A stretch of 64,000 nucleotides of DNA from Helicobacteraceae bacterium (GTDB lineage: Bacteria; Campylobacterota; Campylobacteria; Campylobacterales; SZUA-545), in assembly GCA_031258155.1 (NCBI GenBank), contig JAIRNH010000056.1, positions 4,872 through 68,871 on the forward strand, in the 5' to 3' direction. The position numbers and the translations under genes were made by a program. The stretch's first letter is position 1, and the number at the start of each line of letters is the position of its first letter. This document shows positions 19,151-28,736 of the stretch, piece after piece. A model generated the notes under the pieces. It had not been told where the DNA came from. It ran no database searches and saw only the letters and a program-made list of their open reading frames with translations.

Positions 19151-20317
19151 ATGCAAAAAGAAAGAATTATTATTTTCGATACCACGTTGCGCGACGGCGA
19201 GCAGGCGCCTGGGGCGGCTATGAACGTTCGCGAGAAGATCGCGATCGCGAAATCGTTGGAGCGGTTGGGCGCGGATGTGATCGAGGCGGGCTTTCCAATC
19301 TCGTCGCGCGTAGATTTTGACGCGGTTTATCAGATTGGAGCGTCGGTTAAAACTTGCGCGGTTTCGGCGCTCGCGCGCGCCAAAGAGAGCGACATAAAAG
19401 CGGCGATCGACGCTTTAAGCAAGGCGAAGCGAGGGCGCGTTCATATTTTTCTGGCGACAAGCGACGCGCACTTGAAATATAAGCTCAAGATGAGTCGGGA
19501 GCAGGTCAAAGAGATAGCCTTCCAAGCCGTTAAATTCGCTAGAAATTTTGCGGGGGAGGTGCAGTTTAGCTTTGAGGACGCGTGCCGAACGGATCACGAT
19601 TTTTTGCGCGAGATGACCCAAATCGCGATCAGAGCCGGCGCGTCGATTATCAACGCGCCCGACACCGTCGGGGCGTTGCTGCCGGAAGAAACCGCGTCGA
19701 TGATTAAAGCGGTCGTAAGCGCGGCGGAAGGCAGAGCGATAATCTCCGCGCACGCTCACGACGATCTGGGGTTGGCGGTCGCGAACACGCTCGCGGCGAT
19801 CGAGGCTGGCGCTAGGCAGGTTGAATGCACGATCAACGGCATAGGCGAACGCGCCGGCAACGCGGCGTTAGAGGAGATCGCGGTAATTTTGACCGCCCGT
19901 TTAAGCGGGCGTTACGAAACCAATATCAACGCTAAGTTTATATCGGTTGTTAGCGACGAGACGGCAAGATATAGCGGCATGCCAAAAGCGCCGAACAAGG
20001 CGATCGTGGGCGCGAACGCGTTTAGCCACGGAAGCGGCGTTCATCAAGACGGAATGATGAAAAACGCCGCGACTTACGAGCTGTTTTCGCCTGAGTTGGT
20101 TGGAGCCAAGCGCGCCAAGATCGTGCTTACGCGCCACTCCGGAAGCGCGGCGGCGATCGCGGCGGCAAGAGAGGTCGGCTTTGCCGTGGAAGCGGATCAA
20201 GCCGACCGATTTTTCGCCGCGTATAAACAGTCCGCCGAAAAAACCAAGATCGTCTCAAACGAAACGATCGCGCGCATAGCGCAAAGTTTAGGTTTAAGGG
20301 CATATAATCTGTCGTAA
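19151..20317 (+). CDS. 2-isopropylmalate / homocitrate / citramalate synthase family enzyme, short form without the C-terminal LeuA regulatory domain
   Basis: 388 aa; FDTTLRDGEQ and HAHDDLGLAVANTLAAIEAGA HMGL-like motifs; ends after the linker subdomains (canonical LeuA is about 500+ aa). Confidence 0.8.
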   Translation: MQKERIIIFDTTLRDGEQAPGAAMNVREKIAIAKSLERLGADVIEAGFPISSRVDFDAVYQIGASVKTCAVSALARAKESDIKAAIDALSKAKRGRVHIFLATSDAHLKYKLKMSREQVKEIAFQAVKFARNFAGEVQFSFEDACRTDHDFLREMTQIAIRAGASIINAPDTVGALLPEETASMIKAVVSAAEGRAIISAHAHDDLGLAVANTLAAIEAGARQVECTINGIGERAGNAALEEIAVILTARLSGRYETNINAKFISVVSDETARYSGMPKAPNKAIVGANAFSHGSGVHQDGMMKNAATYELFSPELVGAKRAKIVLTRHSGSAAAIAAAREVGFAVEADQADRFFAAYKQSAEKTKIVSNETIARIAQSLGLRAYNLS

Positions 20318-20337
20318 AATACATAGAAAGGTTTCTG

Positions 20338-20895
20338 ATGAGGCGATTATTGATTGCGCTTGCGTGCGTTTTGATTGGAGCGGTCGGTATGAGCGCGTTT
20401 AGCGCCGAACGTTTCAAAGCCGGCGAAGATCTATTTAAGAGGTGTATTCCCTGTCATGGTCGATACGCGAACGAAAAGCCGATGGGCAAGGACAAAGATA
20501 TTTCAAGGCTTAGCGAAACGGAGATCGCTTCGAAGCTTAACGCTTATGTCGCGGGGAAATCGGAAGGCGCTATGGCGGCGCAAGCCTCGTTGCTTGATCA
20601 AGACAAGATCGCCTCGCTATCCGTCTATATCGCGAATATGCATACCAAATACGGCGAAGAGCTTTTTGCGCTTAGGTGTTCGGGCTGTCATGGCAAGGAC
20701 GCGACAAAAAGCGCGTTCGGCAAATCGGGCATAGTCGCGAAACTAGACGAAAAAGAGGCGCTTCAAATATTGCGCAATTATCAAAACGGCTCTTACGCGC
20801 ACGGATCGACGGCAAACACAATGAAAGGTCGCGCTATCGCCCTAAGCGATCAAGAGGTTTTGGAGTTGGCGCGCTATATCAATTCGCTGAAATAG
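20338..20895 (+). CDS. periplasmic dihaem c-type cytochrome
   Basis: 185 aa; signal peptide; two CxxCH motifs (CIPCH, CSGCH) in a duplicated domain. Confidence 0.8.
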   Translation: MRRLLIALACVLIGAVGMSAFSAERFKAGEDLFKRCIPCHGRYANEKPMGKDKDISRLSETEIASKLNAYVAGKSEGAMAAQASLLDQDKIASLSVYIANMHTKYGEELFALRCSGCHGKDATKSAFGKSGIVAKLDEKEALQILRNYQNGSYAHGSTANTMKGRAIALSDQEVLELARYINSLK

Positions 20896-20999
20896 CCGAG
20901 ACTCGCCGCCCCCGCTTTATAACGGAAAATAGCGCGGCGATCAAAAGCGCAAGCTAAAAGCGTCCAAGAGCGGCGCGCGAAGCAAACGGATATAACGCG

Positions 21000-21211
21000 C
21001 TCTCGCCGCGACCTCCGCATAAAGAAAACTTGTTTCGCGCGAGCGCAAACCGTTTAGCGACTTTTTCGCTTAGCTCCTCGTCTTTAATCCCGTCCGACGC
21101 GGTAAATTGCGTATCGACGCCGATCGAAACGGGTTCGCCGCGCCGATCGCGTAGCCAATCTGCGCTAGCGCTTTTTTCGCCAGTCCAGCCGCGACGATAT
21201 TTTTAGCGATC
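21000..21211 (-). pseudogene. non-functional partial copy of the metK 3' region
   Basis: 212 nt nearly identical to metK nt 21303-21556, with one 43-nt internal deletion and a few substitutions; same orientation; lies 17 nt beyond the metK stop. Confidence 0.85.
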
Positions 21212-21228
21212 TCAAGCGGTCGCAAAAA

Positions 21229-22434
21229 TTATCGTCTCAACGATTCAAACCAGCCGCTACGGTCGATCTGCTCCCACGGATAGCTCGCGATACCCACCTG
21301 CCCTCTCGCCGCGACCTCCGCATAAAGAAAACTTGTTTCGCTTGGCTTGTCGAGGTTAAAGGTTTTAGCGATCCAATTTGGCGTGAGCGCAAACCGTTTA
21401 GCGACTTCCGCGCTTAGCTCCTCGTCTTTAATCCCGTCCGACGCGGTAAATTGCGTATCGACGCTGATCGAAACGGGTTTTGCCACGCCGATCGCGTAGC
21501 CAATCTGCACCAGCGCTTTTTTCGCCAGTCCAGCCGCGACGATATTTTTAGCGATCCAGCGCGCCGCGTATAGCCCGCTACGATCGACTTTCGTGTAATC
21601 TTTCGAGCTTTGCGCGCCGCCGCCGATCGGAGCGTATCCGCCAAAACTATCGACAATCAGCTTCCGTCCCGTAAGCCCCGAATCGTGAAGCGGTCCGTGA
21701 TTGACGTATCTGCCCGTAGGGTTGATATGAATAACGCAATCGTCTGGATCGTATAGCTCTTTGGGCAACGCGGGGCAAGCGTCGATCAATCCTTTGATTA
21801 GCTTGCGAACCTCGTCGATATGCAAGCGCTCCACGCTAGGCGCGGAAACGACAATCGTATGAATCTTTTGCGGTTTGGCGGCGATAAAGTTATCTTTTGT
21901 TCCGTAGTCGATCGTAACCTGCGTTTTTATATCGATTCCGAGCTTGTCGTTATGGCTAAGCGCGTAACGATACACAAAATCGCACAAACCGCGCGCGAAG
22001 CTGATCGCGGCGGGCATATACTCGGCGGCTTCCGCGCTGGCAAAACCGAACATAATGCCCTGATCGCCCGCCCCCACTTCGCCGCCGCTCTGATCTACGC
22101 CCTGCGAAATATCGGGCGATTGTTTATTAACGTAAACCTCGATATTTAGATCGTCCGGGTGCAACGTTTGATCGCGCTTAAAGCCGTTTTTACCGTTGTA
22201 GCCGATCTTTTCGATCGCGGCTTTGGCTATGCTTTTGTAATCGTCGGCGCTTATATGCGCGGAGGTTTTGACCTCTCCGCCGATCACGAGATTTTTCCCC
22301 GCGATAAACACTTCGGCGGCGACGCGAGAGGCGCTATCGCGTTGCAAAAGATAATCGACGACGCTATCGGCGACTATATCGGCGCACTTATCGGGGTGTC
22401 CGGGGCTTACCGCTTCAGATGTGAATAGATACAT
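21229..22434 (-). CDS. metK: S-adenosylmethionine synthetase
   Basis: 401 aa; GHPDKCAD, GAGDQGIMFGFA and GGGAQSSKD motifs. Confidence 0.95.
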   Translation of the reverse strand: MYLFTSEAVSPGHPDKCADIVADSVVDYLLQRDSASRVAAEVFIAGKNLVIGGEVKTSAHISADDYKSIAKAAIEKIGYNGKNGFKRDQTLHPDDLNIEVYVNKQSPDISQGVDQSGGEVGAGDQGIMFGFASAEAAEYMPAAISFARGLCDFVYRYALSHNDKLGIDIKTQVTIDYGTKDNFIAAKPQKIHTIVVSAPSVERLHIDEVRKLIKGLIDACPALPKELYDPDDCVIHINPTGRYVNHGPLHDSGLTGRKLIVDSFGGYAPIGGGAQSSKDYTKVDRSGLYAARWIAKNIVAAGLAKKALVQIGYAIGVAKPVSISVDTQFTASDGIKDEELSAEVAKRFALTPNWIAKTFNLDKPSETSFLYAEVAARGQVGIASYPWEQIDRSGWFESLRR

Positions 22435-22988
22435 TATTTTCCTTTTTTCGCGACGGTTTTCTTACTTGCGATAGGCGTCTTTCTTTTCGCTCTCTTTGGC
22501 GCTTTTTTATCGAGGCTAATCGATTCGTTGTCCATAATGCCGATACCCTTTTCAAGCGTAAGCGCGGCGACCTTCTTCGCGCCTTTGAGCGAATGCGCTT
22601 TGTAAGAGCCGCACTGATATTCGTTAAGCTCGGGTATATCGCTTTTAGACTCGACGCGAAGTATGTCGGACATACTTTTCCCCCACGCCTCGACGATCAG
22701 GCTCTCTTTAGGATCGCCAATCACGCTCATATAAAAGCCCGTCCGACAACCCATAGGCGAAATATCGATAACCTCTACGGAGGGCAATCGCTCGCGCATA
22801 AAGCCGGCGAACAGGTGTTCTAGCGTGTGAATGGCTTTGCTTTTTATTTTATCCTTGTTAGGAACGCAAAAACGCAGGTCAAAAATCGTGATTACGTCGC
22901 CTTTGGGCGTTACAAGCGTTTTTGCCTTGCGAACCGCCGGCGCGATCATTTTGGTGTGATCGACTTTGAAGCTATCCAGTAAAGGCAT
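22434..22988 (-). CDS. luxS: S-ribosylhomocysteine lyase with C-terminal polybasic extension
   Basis: 184 aa; HTLEHLFAG metal-binding motif and [10 protein letters not shown]; 1-nt TAATG overlap with metK start; extra Lys/Arg-rich tail of about 22-25 aa. Confidence 0.9.
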   Translation of the reverse strand: MPLLDSFKVDHTKMIAPAVRKAKTLVTPKGDVITIFDLRFCVPNKDKIKSKAIHTLEHLFAGFMRERLPSVEVIDISPMGCRTGFYMSVIGDPKESLIVEAWGKSMSDILRVESKSDIPELNEYQCGSYKAHSLKGAKKVAALTLEKGIGIMDNESISLDKKAPKRAKRKTPIASKKTVAKKGK

Positions 22989-23066
22989 TTCAATCTCCTA
23001 ATGTCAACAAAGTTTCGTGATTTTACTTGTTTTACGCTTTATGTTAGCTCGAAGTTCGCCGTTTAG

Positions 23067-23675
23067 TTAAGAAAGCCCGTCGATAAATTCGGGAACAAAC
23101 GCTCTGGCTCGTTGAATCGACGTCGGTTTGCCGTGTCCGGCATACATAGGACGATCGTCCTTGTCGCCGTAAAACGCCATAAACCGCTCTAGCGATCGTT
23201 TCATATCGGTCGGGCTTGAACCGGGAAAATCGTATCGCCCCACGCAACCGTCGAAGATAAAATCGCCGCTAAAGAGGCGATCGCTAAACTCGATCATAGA
23301 GCAGCCGGGCGTATGACCCGGAAAATGCCTAAATCTGAAGCAAAAGCCTTCGATCTCGATTGGCTCTTCGTCGGCGATAAGATAATCCGCCTCGCACGGC
23401 TCTTGATCCATACTGAAATAATCGCCTTTGAGCATATAGCCGTCCTCTTGACGAATATAGATAGGTATCTTTAGCTCCCTTTGCAGAGCCGCGTCGCTGA
23501 AAGTATGATCGAAATGTCCGTGCGTGTTAAGCGCGGCGAGCGGATTCGGCGCGTTTTTTATAATCCAACGGATAGCGCCGATTCCCGGATCGATAATAAT
23601 CGAACGGTTGTTTTTTATTAGGATATAGCAGTTGGTTTGATACCCGCGCCCCATCGGTTCTGCTAGCATTTTCAT
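23067..23675 (-). CDS. metallo-beta-lactamase-fold hydrolase (glyoxalase II-like)
   Basis: 202 aa; HGHFDH (HxHxDH) motif. Confidence 0.8.
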   Translation of the reverse strand: MKMLAEPMGRGYQTNCYILIKNNRSIIIDPGIGAIRWIIKNAPNPLAALNTHGHFDHTFSDAALQRELKIPIYIRQEDGYMLKGDYFSMDQEPCEADYLIADEEPIEIEGFCFRFRHFPGHTPGCSMIEFSDRLFSGDFIFDGCVGRYDFPGSSPTDMKRSLERFMAFYGDKDDRPMYAGHGKPTSIQRARAFVPEFIDGLS

Positions 23676-24025
23676 CTTTTAAGCCTCTTTAATAAAACGC
23701 GGCGATTGCCCTCTATGACTATAAACCACGCTATTTTGCGCGATTTTAGCGCTCTATTGGCAAAAAACAACAATTTTCTCTCCTCTTTTCTATCTCTCGG
23801 CATAGAGGGATAATCGAAACCGCCTTTAAAAAGCGGGTTGCAACGCGCCACTCTTAGCGCGATTTGAGCCAACGCGATTGGAAGCGCGCGTTTTTCTAAC
23901 GTTTGCAGCGCGTAATTAGAGCAACTTGGATAAAAACGACAACATCGCCCAAATAACGGCGAAAAAACTATCTGATAAAGCCTGACTAAGAGCCAAAAGG
24001 GACGGTTTAATAGCGGCGTTCGCAT
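23672..24025 (-). CDS. yidD: membrane protein insertion efficiency factor YidD
   Basis: 117 aa; CRFYPSCSNYA motif; basic C-terminal extension. Confidence 0.8.
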   Translation of the reverse strand: MRTPLLNRPFWLLVRLYQIVFSPLFGRCCRFYPSCSNYALQTLEKRALPIALAQIALRVARCNPLFKGGFDYPSMPRDRKEERKLLFFANRALKSRKIAWFIVIEGNRRVLLKRLKR

Positions 24026-24049
24026 ATATTATCTTATCTTTTAACCGCT

Positions 24050-25327
24050 ATGTGGGTAAAATCCGCGAACTATTTTGGAAGCGGGGTGGCAATGTCTAAA
24101 GCTATAGTTGCGTTGATCGCGTGTTGTTTGACGTTAAGCGCGGCGTTATACGAATCAAACGAGGGCAACCGCGATCGATCGGTATTGTTGTCTTTGGACG
24201 TTGACGAGTCGTTTTTGCAAGATCCGGAATTTCAAACCATGAAAAGCAATTTTGTTTTTTATAAACAAGAGGCTTTCTTGCGTATTCTGTCGGACGCTTA
24301 CATCTATCGACCGCTTATCAAGCAGAAGATCGCCGAAGCGGGTCTGCCGCCCGCACTGGTTTATATGGCGATGGCGGAATCTAGTTTCAAGCCCAAGGCT
24401 TACTCGATCGCCAAAGCCGCCGGCATTTGGCAGTTTATCGCGGGAACCGCCAAACGATACGGTCTTAAAGTGGATAACTACGCGGACGAAAGACGCGATC
24501 CGATCAAATCCACCGACGCGGCTATTCGCTATCTGAAGGATTTGCACGCGCAATTTGGCAAATGGTCGCTCGCCATTATGGCGTATAACTGCGGAGAGGG
24601 CAGATTAAAGAAGGCGATTGCGCAAGCCGGCACGGACAACCTAGAAGTGTTGATGAGCGTTAACCCAAAAACCAAAAAGCCGTATCTCCCGTTTGAAACG
24701 CGCCACTACCTAAGAAAGGTGCTTGCTTTAGCCTCGCTCTCCGAAAGCGAAAGCCTAATGGTGGGAACTAGCGCCGAACACCTGCTAAATCGCGGCTCCT
24801 CTTACCCTATGGCAGTCGTAGAGGTCGCGCCCGGAGCCACGTTTCAAGAGATCGCCAGAGCCGCAGGAACCAGCGTCGCGAGCATAAGAGCGCTAAATCC
24901 CTCTTTGCGTTACGAGTTTGTCCCCCCGTATGGCAAAAGCTATTCGATCTATCTTCCCTACGACAGAATGGCGGAATTTAAGCAAAACTACGAGTTTTCC
25001 GAAAACCGCGGTCGCTATATCGTTCATGTCGTGCAAAAGGGCGACAGTCTAAGCGTAATCGCAAATCGATACGGCGTAACAACAAGCATGATCAAGGACT
25101 TTAACCGCCTCTCTAGCTCCACGATCAGAGAAAAGCAGCAGTTGGTGATCCCCGCGATCAGCGCGACAAACAGCGCCGTCTCGAACGAGTATATCGTGCA
25201 AAAGGGAGATTCGCTCGATTCGATCGCCAGACAGTTCAAGATCTCCGTCGCGGAACTAAAAGACGCGAATCGGCTCAGACAAAATACAATCTATGCGGGC
25301 GATCGGCTTATTATTATTGCTCGTTAG
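24050..25327 (+). CDS. membrane-bound lytic murein transglycosylase (MltD-like) with two LysM domains
   Basis: 425 aa; SLT motif MAESSFKPKAYSIAKAAGIWQF; two C-terminal LysM repeats (VQKGDSL...); true start may be the ATG at 24092 (MSKAIVALIACC). Confidence 0.8.
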   Translation: MWVKSANYFGSGVAMSKAIVALIACCLTLSAALYESNEGNRDRSVLLSLDVDESFLQDPEFQTMKSNFVFYKQEAFLRILSDAYIYRPLIKQKIAEAGLPPALVYMAMAESSFKPKAYSIAKAAGIWQFIAGTAKRYGLKVDNYADERRDPIKSTDAAIRYLKDLHAQFGKWSLAIMAYNCGEGRLKKAIAQAGTDNLEVLMSVNPKTKKPYLPFETRHYLRKVLALASLSESESLMVGTSAEHLLNRGSSYPMAVVEVAPGATFQEIARAAGTSVASIRALNPSLRYEFVPPYGKSYSIYLPYDRMAEFKQNYEFSENRGRYIVHVVQKGDSLSVIANRYGVTTSMIKDFNRLSSSTIREKQQLVIPAISATNSAVSNEYIVQKGDSLDSIARQFKISVAELKDANRLRQNTIYAGDRLIIIAR

Positions 25328-26144
25328 CTCGACGTTTTTTGTCGGCTGCGGCGCCAAATATCAACGCGCCGGCGCGACGGTGATCGGATATTACCCCAGC
25401 GAACGATCCAGTCCTTATTCGAGCGGCTATCGCGCTTTGGAGCCTACGCGCGGCGACGGCGCGGCGAACTTGCACGAGGCTACGCTTCGCAGCTACTCCG
25501 CGCTTGGCAAACGCTACTATCCGCAGATTCGCCCGATCGGTTGGAAAGAGTCGGGCGTCGCAAGCTGGTATGGCGCGGAGTTTCACGGCAGAAAGACTTC
25601 AAGCGGCGAAATCTACAATATGTACGCGCCCGGAACCGCCGCGCACAAAACGCTTCCGATGAATACGATCGTGCTTGTTACTCGCGAGGGAAGCGGCGCG
25701 CAAGTAAAAGCGCGAATCAACGATCGAGGACCCTTTGTGGAGGGACGCATAATCGATCTTAGTTACACGGCGGGCAAAGCGCTAGGGCTTGATAAAAGCG
25801 GAACCGCGAGGGTTACGATCGAGGTGTTGGAATACGACGCGCATATATCCGCGCGACTTGGCGATCAACCGCAGGCTAAACAGGCGAGCGCAAACGAAGC
25901 AAAAACTTTGGGCGGCGGCTTTTTTATTCAATTAGGGTCGTTTCGCTCCATTGAAAGCGCCAACCGCCTAAAAAACGAAACGCTAAAAAAGGCGCCGAAC
26001 AGCGCCGTTGTAATCCAAACGGTAGAGTTTGAGGGCGCCGATTTACACCGCGTTCTAATAGGCGGTTTTAATTCCAAAGAAGAGGCGACGCGCTTTAAAG
26101 ACTCGTTTGGTTTCACAAACGCGGTTGTGATGAGCGCCTCGTAA
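25293..26144 (+). CDS. rlpA: septal ring lytic transglycosylase RlpA (DPBB + SPOR)
   Basis: 283 aa; lipobox FFVGC; GVASWYG...FHGRKTSSGEIYNM DPBB motif; C-terminal SPOR-like domain. Confidence 0.85.
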   Translation: MRAIGLLLLLVSSTFFVGCGAKYQRAGATVIGYYPSERSSPYSSGYRALEPTRGDGAANLHEATLRSYSALGKRYYPQIRPIGWKESGVASWYGAEFHGRKTSSGEIYNMYAPGTAAHKTLPMNTIVLVTREGSGAQVKARINDRGPFVEGRIIDLSYTAGKALGLDKSGTARVTIEVLEYDAHISARLGDQPQAKQASANEAKTLGGGFFIQLGSFRSIESANRLKNETLKKAPNSAVVIQTVEFEGADLHRVLIGGFNSKEEATRFKDSFGFTNAVVMSAS

Positions 26145-26153
26145 AGGATTGCG

Positions 26154-26729
26154 ATGATTATCAAAAACAGAAAAACGAACGAAACGGATATTTCGTTGAA
26201 ACTAGAGCTGCTAGGAAGCGGAAAAAGCGTCGTCAAAACGGGCGCGGGATTTTTCGATCATATGCTGCAATCGTTCGCCAAGCACGCGCTCGTCGATCTG
26301 GAGCTTACCTGCGAAGGCGATCTGTTCATAGACGGACACCACACCGTAGAGGACGTAGGAATAGCGCTTGGAAGCGCGTTGAACGAGGCGATCTATCCCG
26401 CCGAAGGGATCGAGCGATTTTCGGATCGCATAGCCGTTTTGGACGAAGCCGCGGTTCAATGCGCGATCGACGTTGGCGGTCGCGCGTTTCTAAGCTGGAA
26501 CGTTCCGCTAGACGGAAAAATCGGAGAGTTCGACGGCGAACTAGCCGAAGAGTTTTTTCGCGCGCTAACGTTAAACGCAAAAATATCCGCGCATATCGAT
26601 CTTGTTCGCGGTTCTAACCGCCACCATATAGCGGAAGCGGCGTTTAAGGCGTTCGCGATCGCGTTGCGCGCGGCGATCGCGCCAAATCCCAGAGTGATCG
26701 GCGCGCCGAGCTTAAAAGGGACGCTTTAA
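26154..26729 (+). CDS. hisB: imidazoleglycerol-phosphate dehydratase
   Basis: 191 aa; DGHHTVEDVGIALG and NRHHIAEAAFKAF motifs. Confidence 0.9.
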   Translation: MIIKNRKTNETDISLKLELLGSGKSVVKTGAGFFDHMLQSFAKHALVDLELTCEGDLFIDGHHTVEDVGIALGSALNEAIYPAEGIERFSDRIAVLDEAAVQCAIDVGGRAFLSWNVPLDGKIGEFDGELAEEFFRALTLNAKISAHIDLVRGSNRHHIAEAAFKAFAIALRAAIAPNPRVIGAPSLKGTL

Positions 26730-27245
26730 TTGAAAATATGGAGCGCCGCGCTACTGCTACTATCGCTTAGCCTGATCGCGTCGTTTGCGCTATCGCCTGA
26801 AAATCGAGAGGGCGGCGAGCTAAAAACGACGGCTCGCCTAGAGTTCGACAACTATCAAATTTACGCGATCGGCGCGGACGGCGTAAGCGCCGTTTTGACG
26901 GCGCAAAGCGGGCGCGTTTTTGAAGATCGCGAGGAGATGGACTATCCGATAGCTTTAAGACAGATAGGAGACGAGCGCGACGGGCTATCCGGCGTATTGG
27001 GAGTGGTAAAGGGCGACGATATACTGATAGAAAAAGAGGTCTATTACTGGAGCGGTTCGGGGCGGACGCTAAAAACGCAAACGGCTCGATACAACGTCAA
27101 AAGCAAGCTGATAACGGGAACGGGCGCTTTCGTAACGACAAGCGCGCAAGGCGTTATGAACGGCGTGGGTTTTACCGCCGACAGCGTTAATAAGACCTTC
27201 TTGGCTAACAAGGTCAAGGCGATTTTTAACGATGAGAACATTTAG
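26730..27245 (+). CDS. LptC-like membrane-anchored periplasmic protein
   Basis: 171 aa; TTG start; single N-terminal anchor; beta-rich; overlaps the downstream LptA-like gene. Confidence 0.45.
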   Translation: MKIWSAALLLLSLSLIASFALSPENREGGELKTTARLEFDNYQIYAIGADGVSAVLTAQSGRVFEDREEMDYPIALRQIGDERDGLSGVLGVVKGDDILIEKEVYYWSGSGRTLKTQTARYNVKSKLITGTGAFVTTSAQGVMNGVGFTADSVNKTFLANKVKAIFNDENI

Positions 27246-27705
27246 CCTATTGATTCTTTTTGCCGCTCTTATCCGCGCCGCGACGATCGAGGCAAACGCC
27301 GATCGCCTTTACGCCGACGAGAAAACGGGGCGAACCGTTCTCGAAGGATCGGTAAAAATCATAAGAGGCGCCGACGTTTTGCGCGGCGATCGCGTAACGG
27401 TTCTGTTTACGCCAGATCGCGAAGTTAGCAGATTTGAATCAAAAGGTTCCTCCTCGTTTAGCGTAACCATAGAGAACGGCGCGCAATATACCGGCGAAGC
27501 GGACGAGATCGTATATGTTCCCGCCGAGGGCGTTTATACCTTAAAAGGGCGCGCGAGCGTCGAGGATCCGATAAATAAGCGCAAAATAATCGGAGAGCAG
27601 ATCGCCTTTAACGAGATAACGCGCATAGCGCGGGTAAGCGGCAAGGAGTCCTCTCCGGTTAGACTTATATTTACGATCAAAGATCGCAATGAAACCAAAC
27701 CTTAA
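27232..27705 (+). CDS. lptA: LptA/OstA-like lipopolysaccharide transport periplasmic protein
   Basis: 157 aa; signal peptide; ANADRLYADEKTGRTVLEGSVKI OstA-N-like repeat pattern. Confidence 0.65.
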   Translation: MRTFSLLILFAALIRAATIEANADRLYADEKTGRTVLEGSVKIIRGADVLRGDRVTVLFTPDREVSRFESKGSSSFSVTIENGAQYTGEADEIVYVPAEGVYTLKGRASVEDPINKRKIIGEQIAFNEITRIARVSGKESSPVRLIFTIKDRNETKP

Positions 27706-28279
27706 CGTTGAAGCGAAATTTTTAACCTCCGCCATAAACGAAGTCGGCGCGCCCGAACCAAGTTTAAGCGAGATCGTTTTTCTGGGGCGATCAAACGCGG
27801 GAAAAAGCTCGTTGCTAAACGCGTTATGCGGAAGAAAAAACCTAGCTAAAACTAGCTCCGCGCCCGGAAAAACCCGTATGATTAACTATTACGAGATCGC
27901 GGTCAAACACAAAGACGAGCAAATTAGGCTTAGGTTTGTAGACCTGCCGGGCTTCGGATACGCGAAAACCTCCAAAACCGAACGCGAGGCGTGGGGTAGG
28001 CGCTTAAGCGCGTTTTTAAGAAACCGTCGAACGATTCGTCTCTTTTTACGCCTGATCGACAGCCGCCATATCGATCTGCCGCAAGATAGCGTTATGAGCG
28101 ATTTTGTCCGCGACGTATTAAATCCCGATCAAACGGATCTGGCGGTCTATACTAAAGTCGATAAGCTAAACCGCCAAGAACGCGACGCTCTGTTGCGCCG
28201 AAAGCCGGAGGCTTTGCTACTCTCGTCCGTTACCGGCGAAGGTTTGGATAAACTTTGGGATCGGATTATCGGAGTTTAA
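27689..28279 (+). CDS. engB: ribosome biogenesis GTPase YihA/EngB
   Basis: 196 aa; G1 GRSNAGKSS; G3 DLPGFGY; TKVDK G4. Confidence 0.85.
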   Translation: MKPNLNVEAKFLTSAINEVGAPEPSLSEIVFLGRSNAGKSSLLNALCGRKNLAKTSSAPGKTRMINYYEIAVKHKDEQIRLRFVDLPGFGYAKTSKTEREAWGRRLSAFLRNRRTIRLFLRLIDSRHIDLPQDSVMSDFVRDVLNPDQTDLAVYTKVDKLNRQERDALLRRKPEALLLSSVTGEGLDKLWDRIIGV

Positions 28280-28280
28280 A

Positions 28281-28736
28281 ATGGAACTGACCAAGGCGAA
28301 ACTATCCGATATAGCCGCTATGCAAGAGCTGGTCAAGCCGTATATCGACGAGGGGTTGGTGCTATCTAGGAGCGACGAAGAGGTCGCCAATATGATCCGA
28401 TCTTATACGATCGCCCGCGAAAACGGCGTTATCGCGGGTTTTGCGGCGCTCTACATCTACACGGCGCGTTTAGGCGAGATTCGATCGCTCGCGGTGGCAA
28501 AAGCGTTTCAGGGTAGAGGTATCGGCGGCGCGATAACGCAAAAGCTGATCGAAGAGGCAAAATCGCTAGGGCTGGAACATATCCTGACGCTTACCTATCG
28601 CCCTTCGTTTTTTGAGCGTCTAGGATTCAAAAGAGCGCCCAAAGAAGAGGTTTGGCATCACAAAGTTTGGGAGGACTGTATTCGGTGCAAGCATTTTCCG
28701 ACGTGCGACGAAACGGCGTTAATCCTCGCGATATAG
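28281..28736 (+). CDS. GNAT family N-acetyltransferase
   Basis: 151 aa; acetyl-CoA loop FQGRGIGGA. Confidence 0.75.
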   Translation: MELTKAKLSDIAAMQELVKPYIDEGLVLSRSDEEVANMIRSYTIARENGVIAGFAALYIYTARLGEIRSLAVAKAFQGRGIGGAITQKLIEEAKSLGLEHILTLTYRPSFFERLGFKRAPKEEVWHHKVWEDCIRCKHFPTCDETALILAI

